Source of the DNA: Spirochaetales bacterium
GTDB lineage: Bacteria > Spirochaetota > Spirochaetia > Treponematales > UBA12059
DNA length: 64,000 bases
Direction of reading: 5' to 3'
NCBI GenBank assembly: GCA_016928955.1
Contig: JAFGJV010000004.1
Coordinates: 124,001 to 188,000, forward strand
A program made the translations under genes and the position numbers. Numbering within the stretch: position 1 is the first letter of the stretch; the number at the start of each line of letters is the position of its first letter. A model generated the notes under the pieces. That model worked only from the letters and a program-made list of their open reading frames with translations. It was not told the origin of the DNA and ran no database searches. Shown here piece after piece: positions 7,880 to 17,391 of this stretch.

Positions 7880-9799
7880 TCAGCCAACCGGCTTGGAGCG
7901 GGAGCGGGGGCGTTCAAGCCCTGCCGCCTGGTTCCCAAATCGCTCAGCCAGCTCCGCTACTCCGGCCTTTCGGTATAGGCGCTCAAGGCCACGGAGCGGC
8001 CTCGGATCAGCGGGAGCGAGCTCGCTGGCTTTCATAAAGGCTTCAGCGGCTTTTTCGGCCTGCTTGGCCCGGTCGCGCAGGAAAGCGAGGGCAAGGTATG
8101 GAGCCGCTTCCTTGCGGAGGAAAGCGGCTCCCTTTTCCAGTAGCTCCGCGGCAACAGCCCTAGAGCCTGCCTTTTCCAGGCACCAGGCCAGCCCGAGAAG
8201 GAACTCCACGTTGCGGGGTTCGGCCCTCAGCAGGGTGCGATACTGGGCGGCGGCCTCGCGGAAGCGTCCAGCGTTGCGGTAGCACAGGGCCAAGGCACCG
8301 TCGGCTGATCTGCCCGCGACGCCGTATGCGTACCCTTCCTCAATGGCCGTGGCAGCCTCCGCCCACAGCCCGGAGGACATCAGGCGCGACACGTAATCCT
8401 TCCTGATGGCGTGGTTGTCTGGATAGTTGCCCAGGTAGTCAGCGTAGCGCTGGATGGCGTCCTGTTCGCGGCCGATCGACTCGGCGACGGATATCCGGTA
8501 CAGAAGGGCCATTTCATGGTCGGGCTGGACTGAGAGCACGTCGGTAAACCAGCCGTCGGCCAGCTCGGGCATACCCAGGCGATATTGGCATTCGGCCAAC
8601 GCGAACATCAGGCGGCTGTCTCCAGGGCGTGCCCTGAGAAGCACCTGGAGTCTCGGAAGGAGCGTGTTCGGAGCCGCCCCTTTTCTCGCGTCGCACAAGG
8701 CCAAGACGTAGTCGGCGTCCTCGGGACGGGCTCCCCTCGAGGCGGCTGCCCTGGCGGCTCGTTCCGCGCCTTCCTCGTCGCCGGCTTCCCACAAGGACAG
8801 GGCCAGGCCAAGCCTTAAGTCCACGGACGACGGGTCCGCTTCGCACGCCAGGGCATAATGGTTCGCGGCACGATCGTAGCGTCCGAGCTCATAGTTTGCC
8901 TGGGCTGCTATGGCCCTGATGGCAGGATCCTTGTCGCCCCGCTTGATGCACACATGGGCAGCGGCCAGGGCGGCCTTCATGTCCCCCCGGGACAGGGCAA
9001 GGGCAGCCCGCCACTTGTCCATGAGTTCCTCTGTCCACGGCGCGTCCCTCGGCAGCGGAAGCTCGGCTCCGGCTCGCTCGATGATGCCGAAGGCCTCGTC
9101 AGGCCGTCCGGAAGCCAGGCTCAAGGCGGCCGCCTGGGCGGCGATGGACACGTCATCAGGAGCCAGGGCAAGGGCTGCCTTGAGCTCGCCAGCCGCCTCC
9201 GCCAGCCGACCAAGGGAGCGCAGGGCGCGCGCCCGGTAGAGTCGCGCGGATGTGCCGTCACCCCCGTTTTTGACCACAAAATCCAGCATCTGGGCGGCCA
9301 GGTCGTCCTCGCCCCGGGCTTGCAGCCTGATGGCATGGACATACAGGGCGTTGGCATAGCCACGGAACACGCGAGCGTCGCCAGGGGCCAGGGTAACGGC
9401 CTTTTCAAGGCACTCGACCGCCTTGCCGCTTCTCCTGAGCTTGAGTTCTGACAGGCCAAGGAGGGCCCAGGTCTCAGCGTTATCCCGGCCGAGCTCCAGG
9501 GTTTTCCTGAAGCATTGGCCGGCGTGGCGGGCAAGGCCCAGGCCCATGTAACTCCTTCCGGCGTGGAACCAGCCGGAGGGATCGGAAGGCTTTATGGCCA
9601 GGTAGCGGCGGAACGCAGCCATGGCCCTGTCCGGATCGCCGGACGCGTGCCGCGCCCTGCCGAGATATAGCCATGCTTCCGGAATGGTGTCCGTTTCGGA
9701 CAGCACGCGGGTGAGGATGTCTATTGCGGCGGGGTAATCGCGGGCATTGCCTGCGGCGACTGCCTCGTCCAGGAGCTTCTTATACGACGATCGGGCCAT
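7880..9799 (-). CDS. Tetratricopeptide repeat protein
   Basis: Many TPR-like units (EAWLYLGRA, ETWALLGLSELK, RLMFALAECQY); start taken at MARSSYKK. Confidence 0.85.
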   Translation of the reverse strand: MARSSYKKLLDEAVAAGNARDYPAAIDILTRVLSETDTIPEAWLYLGRARHASGDPDRAMAAFRRYLAIKPSDPSGWFHAGRSYMGLGLARHAGQCFRKTLELGRDNAETWALLGLSELKLRRSGKAVECLEKAVTLAPGDARVFRGYANALYVHAIRLQARGEDDLAAQMLDFVVKNGGDGTSARLYRARALRSLGRLAEAAGELKAALALAPDDVSIAAQAAALSLASGRPDEAFGIIERAGAELPLPRDAPWTEELMDKWRAALALSRGDMKAALAAAHVCIKRGDKDPAIRAIAAQANYELGRYDRAANHYALACEADPSSVDLRLGLALSLWEAGDEEGAERAARAAASRGARPEDADYVLALCDARKGAAPNTLLPRLQVLLRARPGDSRLMFALAECQYRLGMPELADGWFTDVLSVQPDHEMALLYRISVAESIGREQDAIQRYADYLGNYPDNHAIRKDYVSRLMSSGLWAEAATAIEEGYAYGVAGRSADGALALCYRNAGRFREAAAQYRTLLRAEPRNVEFLLGLAWCLEKAGSRAVAAELLEKGAAFLRKEAAPYLALAFLRDRAKQAEKAAEAFMKASELAPADPRPLRGLERLYRKAGVAELAERFGNQAAGLERPRSRSKPVG

Positions 9800-9879
9800 G
9801 CGACCATGGTATCCGAGCTGGCGTCGCTGGGCAAGCGCAATAGATTGTGCTTTGGGCGGGGCCGGCGTACACTGGGAAC

Positions 9880-11148
9880 ATGGGATTTCGTATCGACAAG
9901 GAACGGGTTCTCTATCCGCTGGTATCGGGCCTGTTGGTAGCCGCCCTGGTGCTGACCGTATGGGCCCTAGCCCTGAGGGAGCGGCGGTCAAAGCACACCG
10001 TGCTGGAATTCGAGGCCCACAGGACTATTACCGCCCTGGTCGAGCTGTCGCGCTTCGCAGAGCCCACTGGCGATGACCTCAGGCTGGTTGTGGGCTTTGG
10101 CCTGTACGACGCCCAGGGCGCTTTTCTATATGGTTCAGGGAGCGCGCCGGATAGCCTGGATCCCGCGGCGGTCGACCAGCAACAGGGCGGATTTTCTATC
10201 GGCGCCGACAGCGTGACCATGGTACGGGCTCTTGGCGGAGACCTGCCCGGCCGGCGCATGAGCGGCATGATGGGCTTCCGCACAAGGCGGCCTGCTGGCG
10301 ACGAGGCGTTGTACGCCTTTCTTGAATACGGTCTCGGCACTTACCGCGCGGAGCAGGCCGTTATCCTCGGCTCGGCGGTCTTGGCCACGCTGGCCCTTGT
10401 GGTCCTGTACGCCGTCATACTCCGTCTCTTCAAAAGTTTCAGCGCCTACCGCGACCGTGAAGCCAGGGATAGGGAGCTGGTCGAGCTTGGGCAGGCGGCA
10501 CGGACCATAGCCCATGAAATAAAAAATCCCCTGGGCATCATCAGGATTCAGTGCGGCATCCTCAGGAAGGACGTAGACCGTTCCCGCGCGCCGAACGTCA
10601 GGGTGATAGAGGACGAGGTGGATAGGCTGGCGGCCATGGCGGACCGCATACGGGAGTACCTGCGCCGGGAACCCGGCCCCCAGGAACCGGTTGCCCTTTC
10701 AGGATTCCTCACAGGGCTGGCCGAGCGCTACGGGGGCAAGGTGGTGTTCCGCGACGAACTGGACCCAGCGGCAAGCGTGCTGGCGGATCCCGATGCCTTG
10801 AGGGCCGCCTTGGACAACCTTATCACCAACGCCGAGGACGCGCGGATGCGGGCTGGCTCGGACGAGGCGCCCTTTGTGGTATCCCGCCAGCACCGAGGGC
10901 GGCTTGTCGTCGACGTGCTTGACCGGGGAAACGGCATAGCGCCTGAGCACCGCTCGAGGATCTTCGAGCCGTTTTTCACGACCAAGGAAAAGGGTAGCGG
11001 TCTGGGGCTGGCCCTGGCCCGGAAAAACGTGGAGAGCATGGGCGGCACCCTTGCCTACGCGGACCGGCCCGGCGGAGGGGCGGTGTTCACCGTCAGCCTG
11101 CCGGCCGCCAACGTGCCGGGCGACGCGCCCAGCACAGCGTCGGGTTAA
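9880..11148 (+). CDS. Membrane sensor histidine kinase (no adjacent response regulator)
   Basis: Two TM segments, H-box IAHEIKNPL, N-box NLITNA, DRGNGI, FEPFFTTK, GSGLGL. Confidence 0.92.
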   Translation: MGFRIDKERVLYPLVSGLLVAALVLTVWALALRERRSKHTVLEFEAHRTITALVELSRFAEPTGDDLRLVVGFGLYDAQGAFLYGSGSAPDSLDPAAVDQQQGGFSIGADSVTMVRALGGDLPGRRMSGMMGFRTRRPAGDEALYAFLEYGLGTYRAEQAVILGSAVLATLALVVLYAVILRLFKSFSAYRDREARDRELVELGQAARTIAHEIKNPLGIIRIQCGILRKDVDRSRAPNVRVIEDEVDRLAAMADRIREYLRREPGPQEPVALSGFLTGLAERYGGKVVFRDELDPAASVLADPDALRAALDNLITNAEDARMRAGSDEAPFVVSRQHRGRLVVDVLDRGNGIAPEHRSRIFEPFFTTKEKGSGLGLALARKNVESMGGTLAYADRPGGGAVFTVSLPAANVPGDAPSTASG

Positions 11149-11948
11149 CCCAGATACCTGCGGGGCGCCTGCCCGTCAACACGGCCGTACAGCTCGATGT
11201 ATTGCTTGATGGGGCTCATGGCCACCTTTTGAAGCAGGACTTCCTCAATCTGGAAAAAGCCCACGGACTCTTCCATGAGCACGTCTATGCGTATGGGAAG
11301 GCGCTCGCCCTTGCCTATGTCGACGCGTTTGATGGCGGCGGCCGAATACTGGTGGATGTCGCCCACGCGGGGTTCCGTTGACAGCATCATGGGAATGCGC
11401 GAGCGGCCTTTTTCCATGTCGCAGCCATCGGCCACCAGTATGAGACCGGCTTCAACCGAGTGGATCTTCTGCGTGGCCATGTGGCCTTCTATGCCCTCAA
11501 CGGCCATACTGCGTACGGCCACGCGCTTGCCGAGGTCGTTCGGGTAGAAGGCGTCCAATAGCCGGGTGATCACCGGCGTGCCGATGATGGCGCTGTTTAT
11601 CTCGTGGTTCTGGCGGCCAACGGACATGCCAACGTCATGCAGGAAAGCCGCTAGCATGACGGCCGCACGGCTGTCGTCCACGTCTCCCGCGTCGTCGTGC
11701 TCAAGGCTGGTTTTGATCCCGGCCTCGTGCAGCAGGTCCAGCATGGTCAGCGCGTTGATCAGAACCTTGCGCATGTGCACGGGTCCGTGGTCGTTGAAGT
11801 TCAGCCGCCGTATGGACACGATGTTGGCGTATTCCTGGAGTTCCTGGATTTCCTTGTCGTTGATGAGCATGGATGCCAGATCATGGGCCCTGCCCGTCGT
11901 CATGGCCAGTATGCGCTTGTCTAGGGAATTTTCTTTGGGACTTTTCAT
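11145..11948 (-). CDS. HD-domain phosphohydrolase
   Basis: NDHGPVH, AAFLHDVG, VADGCD. Confidence 0.85.
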   Translation of the reverse strand: MKSPKENSLDKRILAMTTGRAHDLASMLINDKEIQELQEYANIVSIRRLNFNDHGPVHMRKVLINALTMLDLLHEAGIKTSLEHDDAGDVDDSRAAVMLAAFLHDVGMSVGRQNHEINSAIIGTPVITRLLDAFYPNDLGKRVAVRSMAVEGIEGHMATQKIHSVEAGLILVADGCDMEKGRSRIPMMLSTEPRVGDIHQYSAAAIKRVDIGKGERLPIRIDVLMEESVGFFQIEEVLLQKVAMSPIKQYIELYGRVDGQAPRRYLG

Positions 11949-12003
11949 GCCTTCACAATACTACCAAAACGGCGCGCTGACAAACGCCCTGGCGGCGCGC
12001 AAA

Positions 12004-12038
12004 AAAATGCGGTCCCCGGCAAGCGGAGACCGCATTTT
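12004..12038. terminator. Terminator hairpin downstream of rocD
   Basis: AAAATGCGGTC...GACCGCATTTT with A/T tails; U-tract on the minus strand. Confidence 0.75.
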
Positions 12039-12072
12039 GGGGGATGCGCGGTGGATACCGCGCGTTTTCCCG

Positions 12073-13272
12073 TCAGTAGGCCGACAGTACCTTGGATATG
12101 ATGCCGATGGCCTGGCGCAATTCGGCTTCCGTAATGACAAGCGGCGGGGCAAAGCGGATGATGTTGCCGTGCGTCTGCTTGGCAAGGAGTCCCGCGTCGC
12201 GCAGGGCCAGACACACGTTCCATGCCTCAAAGCCGTCTTTGAAGAGGACGGCGTTAAGGAGGCCCTTGCCCCTGACCTTGACCATGTTCTTGCACGGAAT
12301 CTTGGCCACTTCATCCCGGAATATCTTGCCGAGCTTCTCGGCGTGCTCGTCCAGTTTCTCGTCTTCCAGCACGTCCATGGCTGCTATGGCCACGGCGCTG
12401 GCAAGGGGATTGCCGCCAAAGGTCGAGCCGTGGGTGCCGGGAGTGAACACGTCCATGACCTTGTGGTCGGCGACTATGGCTGATACCGGCATGATGCCAC
12501 CGCCCAGGGCCTTGCCCAGGCACATCACGTCTGGGCGGGCTCCCTCGTGCTGCCAGGCAAAACGCTTGCCCGTCCTGCAGAAGCCCGTCTGCACCTCGTC
12601 GGCTATGAACAGGATGTTGTGCTTGTCGCACAGGGCGCGTATGTCGCGGAGATAGCCGTCATAGGGCACGCATACGCCGGCCTCGCCCTGTATGGGCTCC
12701 ACCAGGATGGCGACCGTGTTCTTGGTGACGGCCTTGGCCATGGCGTCGATGTCGGCGTAGGGCACGCGGACAAAGCCGGGAACGTACGGACCATAGTTAA
12801 CGGTGGATTCGGGGTCGCTGGACATGGATATGGCGCCAAGCGTGCGCCCGTGGAAGTTTTCGGCCACGCAGATGATTTCCTGCTTGCCGTTCTCAACGCC
12901 CTTGACCTCGACGCCCCAGCGCCTGGCGGCCTTGATGGCGGTCTCAACGGCTTCCGCGCCGGTGTTCATGGGCAGGGCCATCTCGTAGCCGGTGTATTCG
13001 CACAGGCGCTTGAGGAAACCTCCCATGCGGTCGTTGTGGAAAGCGCGGCTGGTCAGGGTGCACACCTGGGCCTGGTCAACGAGGGCCTTCACGATCTTGG
13101 GATGGCGGTGCCCCTGGTTCACGGCCGAGTAGGCGGACAGGAAGTCAAAGTATTCCTTGCCTTCCGGATCCTTGACCTTGACGCCCTGGGCCCAGGATAT
13201 CACCACGGGCAGCGGGTGATAATTGTGGGCGCCGTATTTTTCATCGAGTTCGATAAAGTCCTTCGTTGTCAT
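12073..13272 (-). CDS. rocD: Ornithine--oxo-acid aminotransferase
   Basis: GAHNYHPLPVV, DFLSAYSAVNQGHRHP, FHGRT, EPIQGEAG, DEVQTG, LGKALGGG, HGSTFGGNP. Confidence 0.95.
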   Translation of the reverse strand: MTTKDFIELDEKYGAHNYHPLPVVISWAQGVKVKDPEGKEYFDFLSAYSAVNQGHRHPKIVKALVDQAQVCTLTSRAFHNDRMGGFLKRLCEYTGYEMALPMNTGAEAVETAIKAARRWGVEVKGVENGKQEIICVAENFHGRTLGAISMSSDPESTVNYGPYVPGFVRVPYADIDAMAKAVTKNTVAILVEPIQGEAGVCVPYDGYLRDIRALCDKHNILFIADEVQTGFCRTGKRFAWQHEGARPDVMCLGKALGGGIMPVSAIVADHKVMDVFTPGTHGSTFGGNPLASAVAIAAMDVLEDEKLDEHAEKLGKIFRDEVAKIPCKNMVKVRGKGLLNAVLFKDGFEAWNVCLALRDAGLLAKQTHGNIIRFAPPLVITEAELRQAIGIISKVLSAY

Positions 13273-13381
13273 GGAAGCCTCCTTTAGGTCGCGCGCCGCT
13301 TGAAGGCGCCTCCCGAGTATACACCCGGTTTTTCGGGAAGGCTAGGGGGCGAGGAAGAAAAAATGATGTAACTCTCTGCTG

Positions 13382-13420
13382 TATAAATAATTATACCGTA
13401 ATAACGCATAATTATGCACG
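13382..13420. promoter_or_regulatory. Tandem ARG-box-like operator (ArgR/AhrC) upstream of rocD
   Basis: TAAATAATTATACC (13384) and CGCATAATTATGCA (13405) lie 21 bp apart in an AT-rich island; consensus core is TGAATWWWWATTCA. Confidence 0.65.
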
Positions 13421-13514
13421 CGCGCGGTGAGCATGATGGCACGTCCGGAAAAAATGGGCGGCAGGTAGAATAGGCTTGGCGCCCGATCAACCTGCCGCAT
13501 GCATCACACAATGC

Positions 13515-14603
13515 TTACGAACGCGTGAACCTGAGCGCCTGCCGGAGGGAATGGCGCTCGATAGCCAGGCGGACGAGCTCTTCTATCAGGTCTTTGTAAA
13601 CCAAGCCTCCTGCCTCGCACATCTTGGGATACATGGATATGGACGTGAAGCCGGGCAGGGTGTTCACCTCGTTGATGTAAACTTCGCCGCTGGCCTTGTC
13701 GACAAAAAAATCCACTCGGGACAGGCCTTCAAGACCGAGCGCGATGTATGCACGGACAGCGAGGTCGCGCACGCGGTTGCGCGCATCTTCCGGTATATCC
13801 GCAGGTATGATCAGGGCCGCGCCGTCCGGATCGATGTATTTGGCGTCGTAATCGTAGAAATCGTGGGTGGGGGCCACCTCGCCTGGCTCAAAAGCCCTTG
13901 GCTTGTCGTTGCCGATAACGGAACACTCGATTTCCCGCGCCTGCACAAGGGGCTCGATCAGGACCTTGCTGTCGTAGCGGAAAGCATCCTCAACGGCGGC
14001 GGCAAAGGCCGAGCTGTCTCTGACAGCCGAGGCCCCCACGCTGGAACCGGTCCGGCAGGGTTTGACAAAGACGGGCCAGCCGAGGTTTTGTCGGCACTTT
14101 TCCAGTATTTCCGATAGGCGCTGCCTGTCCGCTGGCCGCAGGGTCACGGAAGGAAGGACGGGGAGGCCTGCGTGCCTCCACAACTCCTTGGCCAGGTCCT
14201 TGTCCATACCCAGGGCGCTGCCCGTCACGGACGCTCCCACGTAGGGGAGGCCCGCGCACTCAAGGAGGCCTTGCACCGTTCCATCTTCGCCAAAAGTACC
14301 GTGGAGCACAGGGAAGACCACGTCTGCGTGCACGGTGCTTGCCCCGTGGGCGCTCACGGCACGGAGCCCCGCCCCGGGCGCCACGAGGACGTCAGGGCAG
14401 TCGGTCCTGAGAGCCAGCGGACCCGAACCCAGGAGGGCGTCCTCACGCACGCTGTCAGGCTGCAGTTTCCATACGCCGTCTTTGGTGATGCCGATGAGCA
14501 CCAGCTTGTGCTTCTGGTCCGCGTTGCGAACGACGCTCGCCGCAGACGCGAGCGACACCTCGTGCTCGCCGGATCGTCCGCCGTAGAGAAGAGCAATCCT
14601 CAT
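13515..14603 (-). CDS. ddl: D-alanine--D-alanine ligase
   Basis: GGRSGEHEVSL, FPVLHGTFGEDG, GSSVG, YDYDAKY, NEVNTLPGFT. Confidence 0.95.
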   Translation of the reverse strand: MRIALLYGGRSGEHEVSLASAASVVRNADQKHKLVLIGITKDGVWKLQPDSVREDALLGSGPLALRTDCPDVLVAPGAGLRAVSAHGASTVHADVVFPVLHGTFGEDGTVQGLLECAGLPYVGASVTGSALGMDKDLAKELWRHAGLPVLPSVTLRPADRQRLSEILEKCRQNLGWPVFVKPCRTGSSVGASAVRDSSAFAAAVEDAFRYDSKVLIEPLVQAREIECSVIGNDKPRAFEPGEVAPTHDFYDYDAKYIDPDGAALIIPADIPEDARNRVRDLAVRAYIALGLEGLSRVDFFVDKASGEVYINEVNTLPGFTSISMYPKMCEAGGLVYKDLIEELVRLAIERHSLRQALRFTRS

Positions 14604-16156
14604 TTGACGTCTCCCGTCCAGCCGGCCTCAGCCAGCGCGCGCTCGGCCTCGGCAAGCTCGTTCCAGGGTATGGTACCCGACGCGTATATGATCGTGTCCT
14701 CGTGGCCCTTGCCGAGCAGGATGACGGCGTCGCCTGGCCCGGCCATGCCTATGGCCGCGCGTATGGCTTCAGCCCGGTTCGGGATCAGAAAGAGGTTTGT
14801 ACCCCGGGTTTTGCCAGCACATCCGGCGGCTATGTCCTCAAGCAGGGCCATGGGATCCTCGCCCCGAGGATCCTCGTCAGACAGGATGACGACGCCGCAG
14901 TGCTCGGCGGCTATCCTGCCTTGTTCAGGGCGCTTTTTGACGTCCCGTTCGCCGCCAGAGCCGAAGACGCATATAACCCGGCCGGACACTTGCTGGGCCA
15001 GAGGCGGCAGTATGGCTTCAAAACTGGACGGGGTATGCGCGTAATCCACCAATACCTGGAAGGGCTGGCCACGGTCCACCCGCGTCATGCGCCCGAGCAC
15101 GGGTTCAAGGCTCGGGAGGAGGGGCACAAGCGACGACACGGACCTGCCAGTCAGCTTGGATACGGCAACGACCGCCGCAAGCACATTCTCTACGTTGAAC
15201 CGGCCCGGTATGTTGATCCGGGCCTTGTGGCGCGGGCCGGCGGCCTCGACCACCACAAAATCAGCGCCCTCGTCGTCTGAGCGTATGTCCTCGGCCCACA
15301 GGTCCGCAGCCCCGGGGCTCAGCATGGAGTAGGTATATACGGGACGCCTGGTGGCAGCGCGGAAATAATCAGAGCTTTCGTCGTCCACACAGGCGACGCC
15401 GAAAGACGGTACCTCGGCCGCCTGTCCAGCTATGGCCTTTCCGTGGCCGTGGGCGTCCAAAGCCCTGAAAAGATTGGCCTTGTCGTCGCGGTAGCGCTCC
15501 CAGGTGCCGTGGAACTCCAGGTGTTCGTGCCGCACGTTGGTCATTATGCCAACGTCAAAGAGGACGCTTGCGAGGCGGCCAGTGCGCGGCGACAGGCCAT
15601 GGGACGACGACTCTATGACGGCGTAGGTCCGGCCAGACTCCACCATGGCCGCCAGGCGCTCGTGGACGGTTGTCGCCTCGGGAGTGGTCTGGTGGGCGGG
15701 GTTGGGCAGGACAGCATCGGCCACGCGGTATGCAACGGTGGACACAAAGCCGGCCTTTTCACCTGCCAGGTCGAGCAGGCGGTAGGTCAGCCACACGGTC
15801 GTGCTCTTGCCCTCGGTTCCGGTCACGCCCACCACCGCGAGCTTGGATGACGGCGATCCCCAAAACGCGTCGGCCACTGGGGACATGGCTAGCCTCGCGT
15901 CGGGAACCCGGAGGTAGGTCACCCCAGGGTCCCGGTGATCGAGCGGCTCGGAATGGATGACGGCCACGGCACCGCGGCCGATGGCGGCGTCTATGTACGC
16001 ATGGCCGTCGGCATGCATGCCGGGGAAGGCGAAAAAAAGCCAACCCGGCTGTATATCCCGGGAGTCGTACGCAAGCCCGGATACGGCACGGTCCGAGGGG
16101 CCGGCGCTTTCCAGGATATCAAGGCCAGATGTGATTTCGGAGAGTGGTCTCTGCAT
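14600..16156 (-). CDS. murE: UDP-MurNAc-L-Ala-D-Glu--diamino acid ligase (non-DAP type motif)
   Basis: YDSR, GVTGTEGKSTT, TTPE, ESSSHGL, VDYAHTP, EDPR, GKGHE. Confidence 0.93.
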   Translation of the reverse strand: MQRPLSEITSGLDILESAGPSDRAVSGLAYDSRDIQPGWLFFAFPGMHADGHAYIDAAIGRGAVAVIHSEPLDHRDPGVTYLRVPDARLAMSPVADAFWGSPSSKLAVVGVTGTEGKSTTVWLTYRLLDLAGEKAGFVSTVAYRVADAVLPNPAHQTTPEATTVHERLAAMVESGRTYAVIESSSHGLSPRTGRLASVLFDVGIMTNVRHEHLEFHGTWERYRDDKANLFRALDAHGHGKAIAGQAAEVPSFGVACVDDESSDYFRAATRRPVYTYSMLSPGAADLWAEDIRSDDEGADFVVVEAAGPRHKARINIPGRFNVENVLAAVVAVSKLTGRSVSSLVPLLPSLEPVLGRMTRVDRGQPFQVLVDYAHTPSSFEAILPPLAQQVSGRVICVFGSGGERDVKKRPEQGRIAAEHCGVVILSDEDPRGEDPMALLEDIAAGCAGKTRGTNLFLIPNRAEAIRAAIGMAGPGDAVILLGKGHEDTIIYASGTIPWNELAEAERALAEAGWTGDVK

Positions 16157-16223
16157 GGCGATACTGTATCCACGGGCCCGTGCTTGCGCAAGGGATAGGG
16201 CTGTCAGGGCATGCTCGAATACG

Positions 16224-16254
16224 GGAACGGACGGCCTATCCGGCCGTCCGTTCC
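16224..16254. terminator. Perfect 13-bp hairpin between the exported-protein gene and murE
   Basis: GGAACGGACGGCC-tatcc-GGCCGTCCGTTCC; no clear U-tract. Confidence 0.5.
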
Positions 16255-16280
16255 AATGGGTTTGCTACCGCGAATCGCCG

Positions 16281-16805
16281 TCAGAGCGGGAAGCTGAAGT
16301 GGATGGCTCCGTAGGCTATGAAGGGGAATACATCCTGGGTTTCCGACCCGATAAAGGTCATGAAACCGAGACCGAGCCTGGTAAAGCGGCCTAGCTTGAA
16401 CATGGCCGACAGGTCGGGGATGATGAAATGCACGTCAAGCATGCCGTTGCCAAGGGCACCGAAATACAGGAAGGCGCCACCGCCCACGGTGAGGTTGAGG
16501 ACGATGGGATCAAAATCCATCTCTGCCCACAGCACCGGCCAGCCCAGGCTTTCTATGATCAGCGTGTATGCTTTGATGCCTATGCCCGCCTTGATTATGC
16601 CCAGGTCCAGCTGGAAGGAGCCCTGTGCAAAGGGCAGGGGGATGAAGGAAGGCACGGCGACGGATTCGCCGGTGCTGGTCTCGCCGAACGACGATAAGCC
16701 GACGTACATGGGCGCGTCAAAACCAACATCGACACGGAACTGGGCCATGGCCGCCGGAGCGGCGACCAGCGCCAGCAAAACGGCGACAAGCGCGTACTTT
16801 CTCAT
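16281..16805 (-). CDS. Exported protein, probably a small outer-membrane beta-barrel
   Basis: GGAGG RBS, signal peptide ending AMA-Q, alternating hydrophobic strands, C-terminus GAIHFSFPL. Confidence 0.65.
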   Translation of the reverse strand: MRKYALVAVLLALVAAPAAMAQFRVDVGFDAPMYVGLSSFGETSTGESVAVPSFIPLPFAQGSFQLDLGIIKAGIGIKAYTLIIESLGWPVLWAEMDFDPIVLNLTVGGGAFLYFGALGNGMLDVHFIIPDLSAMFKLGRFTRLGLGFMTFIGSETQDVFPFIAYGAIHFSFPL

Positions 16806-17031
16806 GGAAGCCTCCTTGAGCGCGAGCGTCGATCAGCGCGATCGTCAAGCCCGCTACGGATAGTGTAGCGCGCTTTTGCCAAAAACGCTTCCCAAAACAG
16901 AATATTCGTTGCTTTTTAGCCGGGCTCGGGTCGGGGTGGCCCTGTGTGTTTTTCCGTGGCACGGACAGTCTCCGGGCGAGCTTGCCCGAGGGGCGTGCTT
17001 GCTGGTAGTATCCCCCGTGGAGAGCAGTCGT

Positions 17032-17391
17032 ATGTACACAGTCAGGGTAGAGGCGGGATTTTCCGCCGCGCATTTTCTCACCGAGTACCACGGAAAATGC
17101 GAACGCATGCACGGACACAACTATCTGGTCCGCGCGTACGCCCGTGGCGGGGAACTGGACGCGGCGGGCATGCTGGTAGATTTCGGCGTGCTCAAACGCC
17201 ACCTGCGCGCCGTGGCCGAGTCCCTTGACCACAGGAACCTCAACGAGGTGCCCGAATTCGCCAATTCTCCGAGCGCCGAGCGCATAGCCAGGTACGTTTT
17301 TGAGTCCATGATGCTGGCCGACCCGTCCCTGCCGCTGTCGGCCGTGGAAGTGTTCGAAACAGACACCAGCGTAGCCCGGTATGAGCCCTGA
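17032..17391 (+). CDS. queD: 6-carboxy-5,6,7,8-tetrahydropterin synthase
   Basis: FSAAH, CERMHGHNY, GMLVDF, LDHRNLN, SAERIA, VFET. Confidence 0.9.
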   Translation: MYTVRVEAGFSAAHFLTEYHGKCERMHGHNYLVRAYARGGELDAAGMLVDFGVLKRHLRAVAESLDHRNLNEVPEFANSPSAERIARYVFESMMLADPSLPLSAVEVFETDTSVARYEP

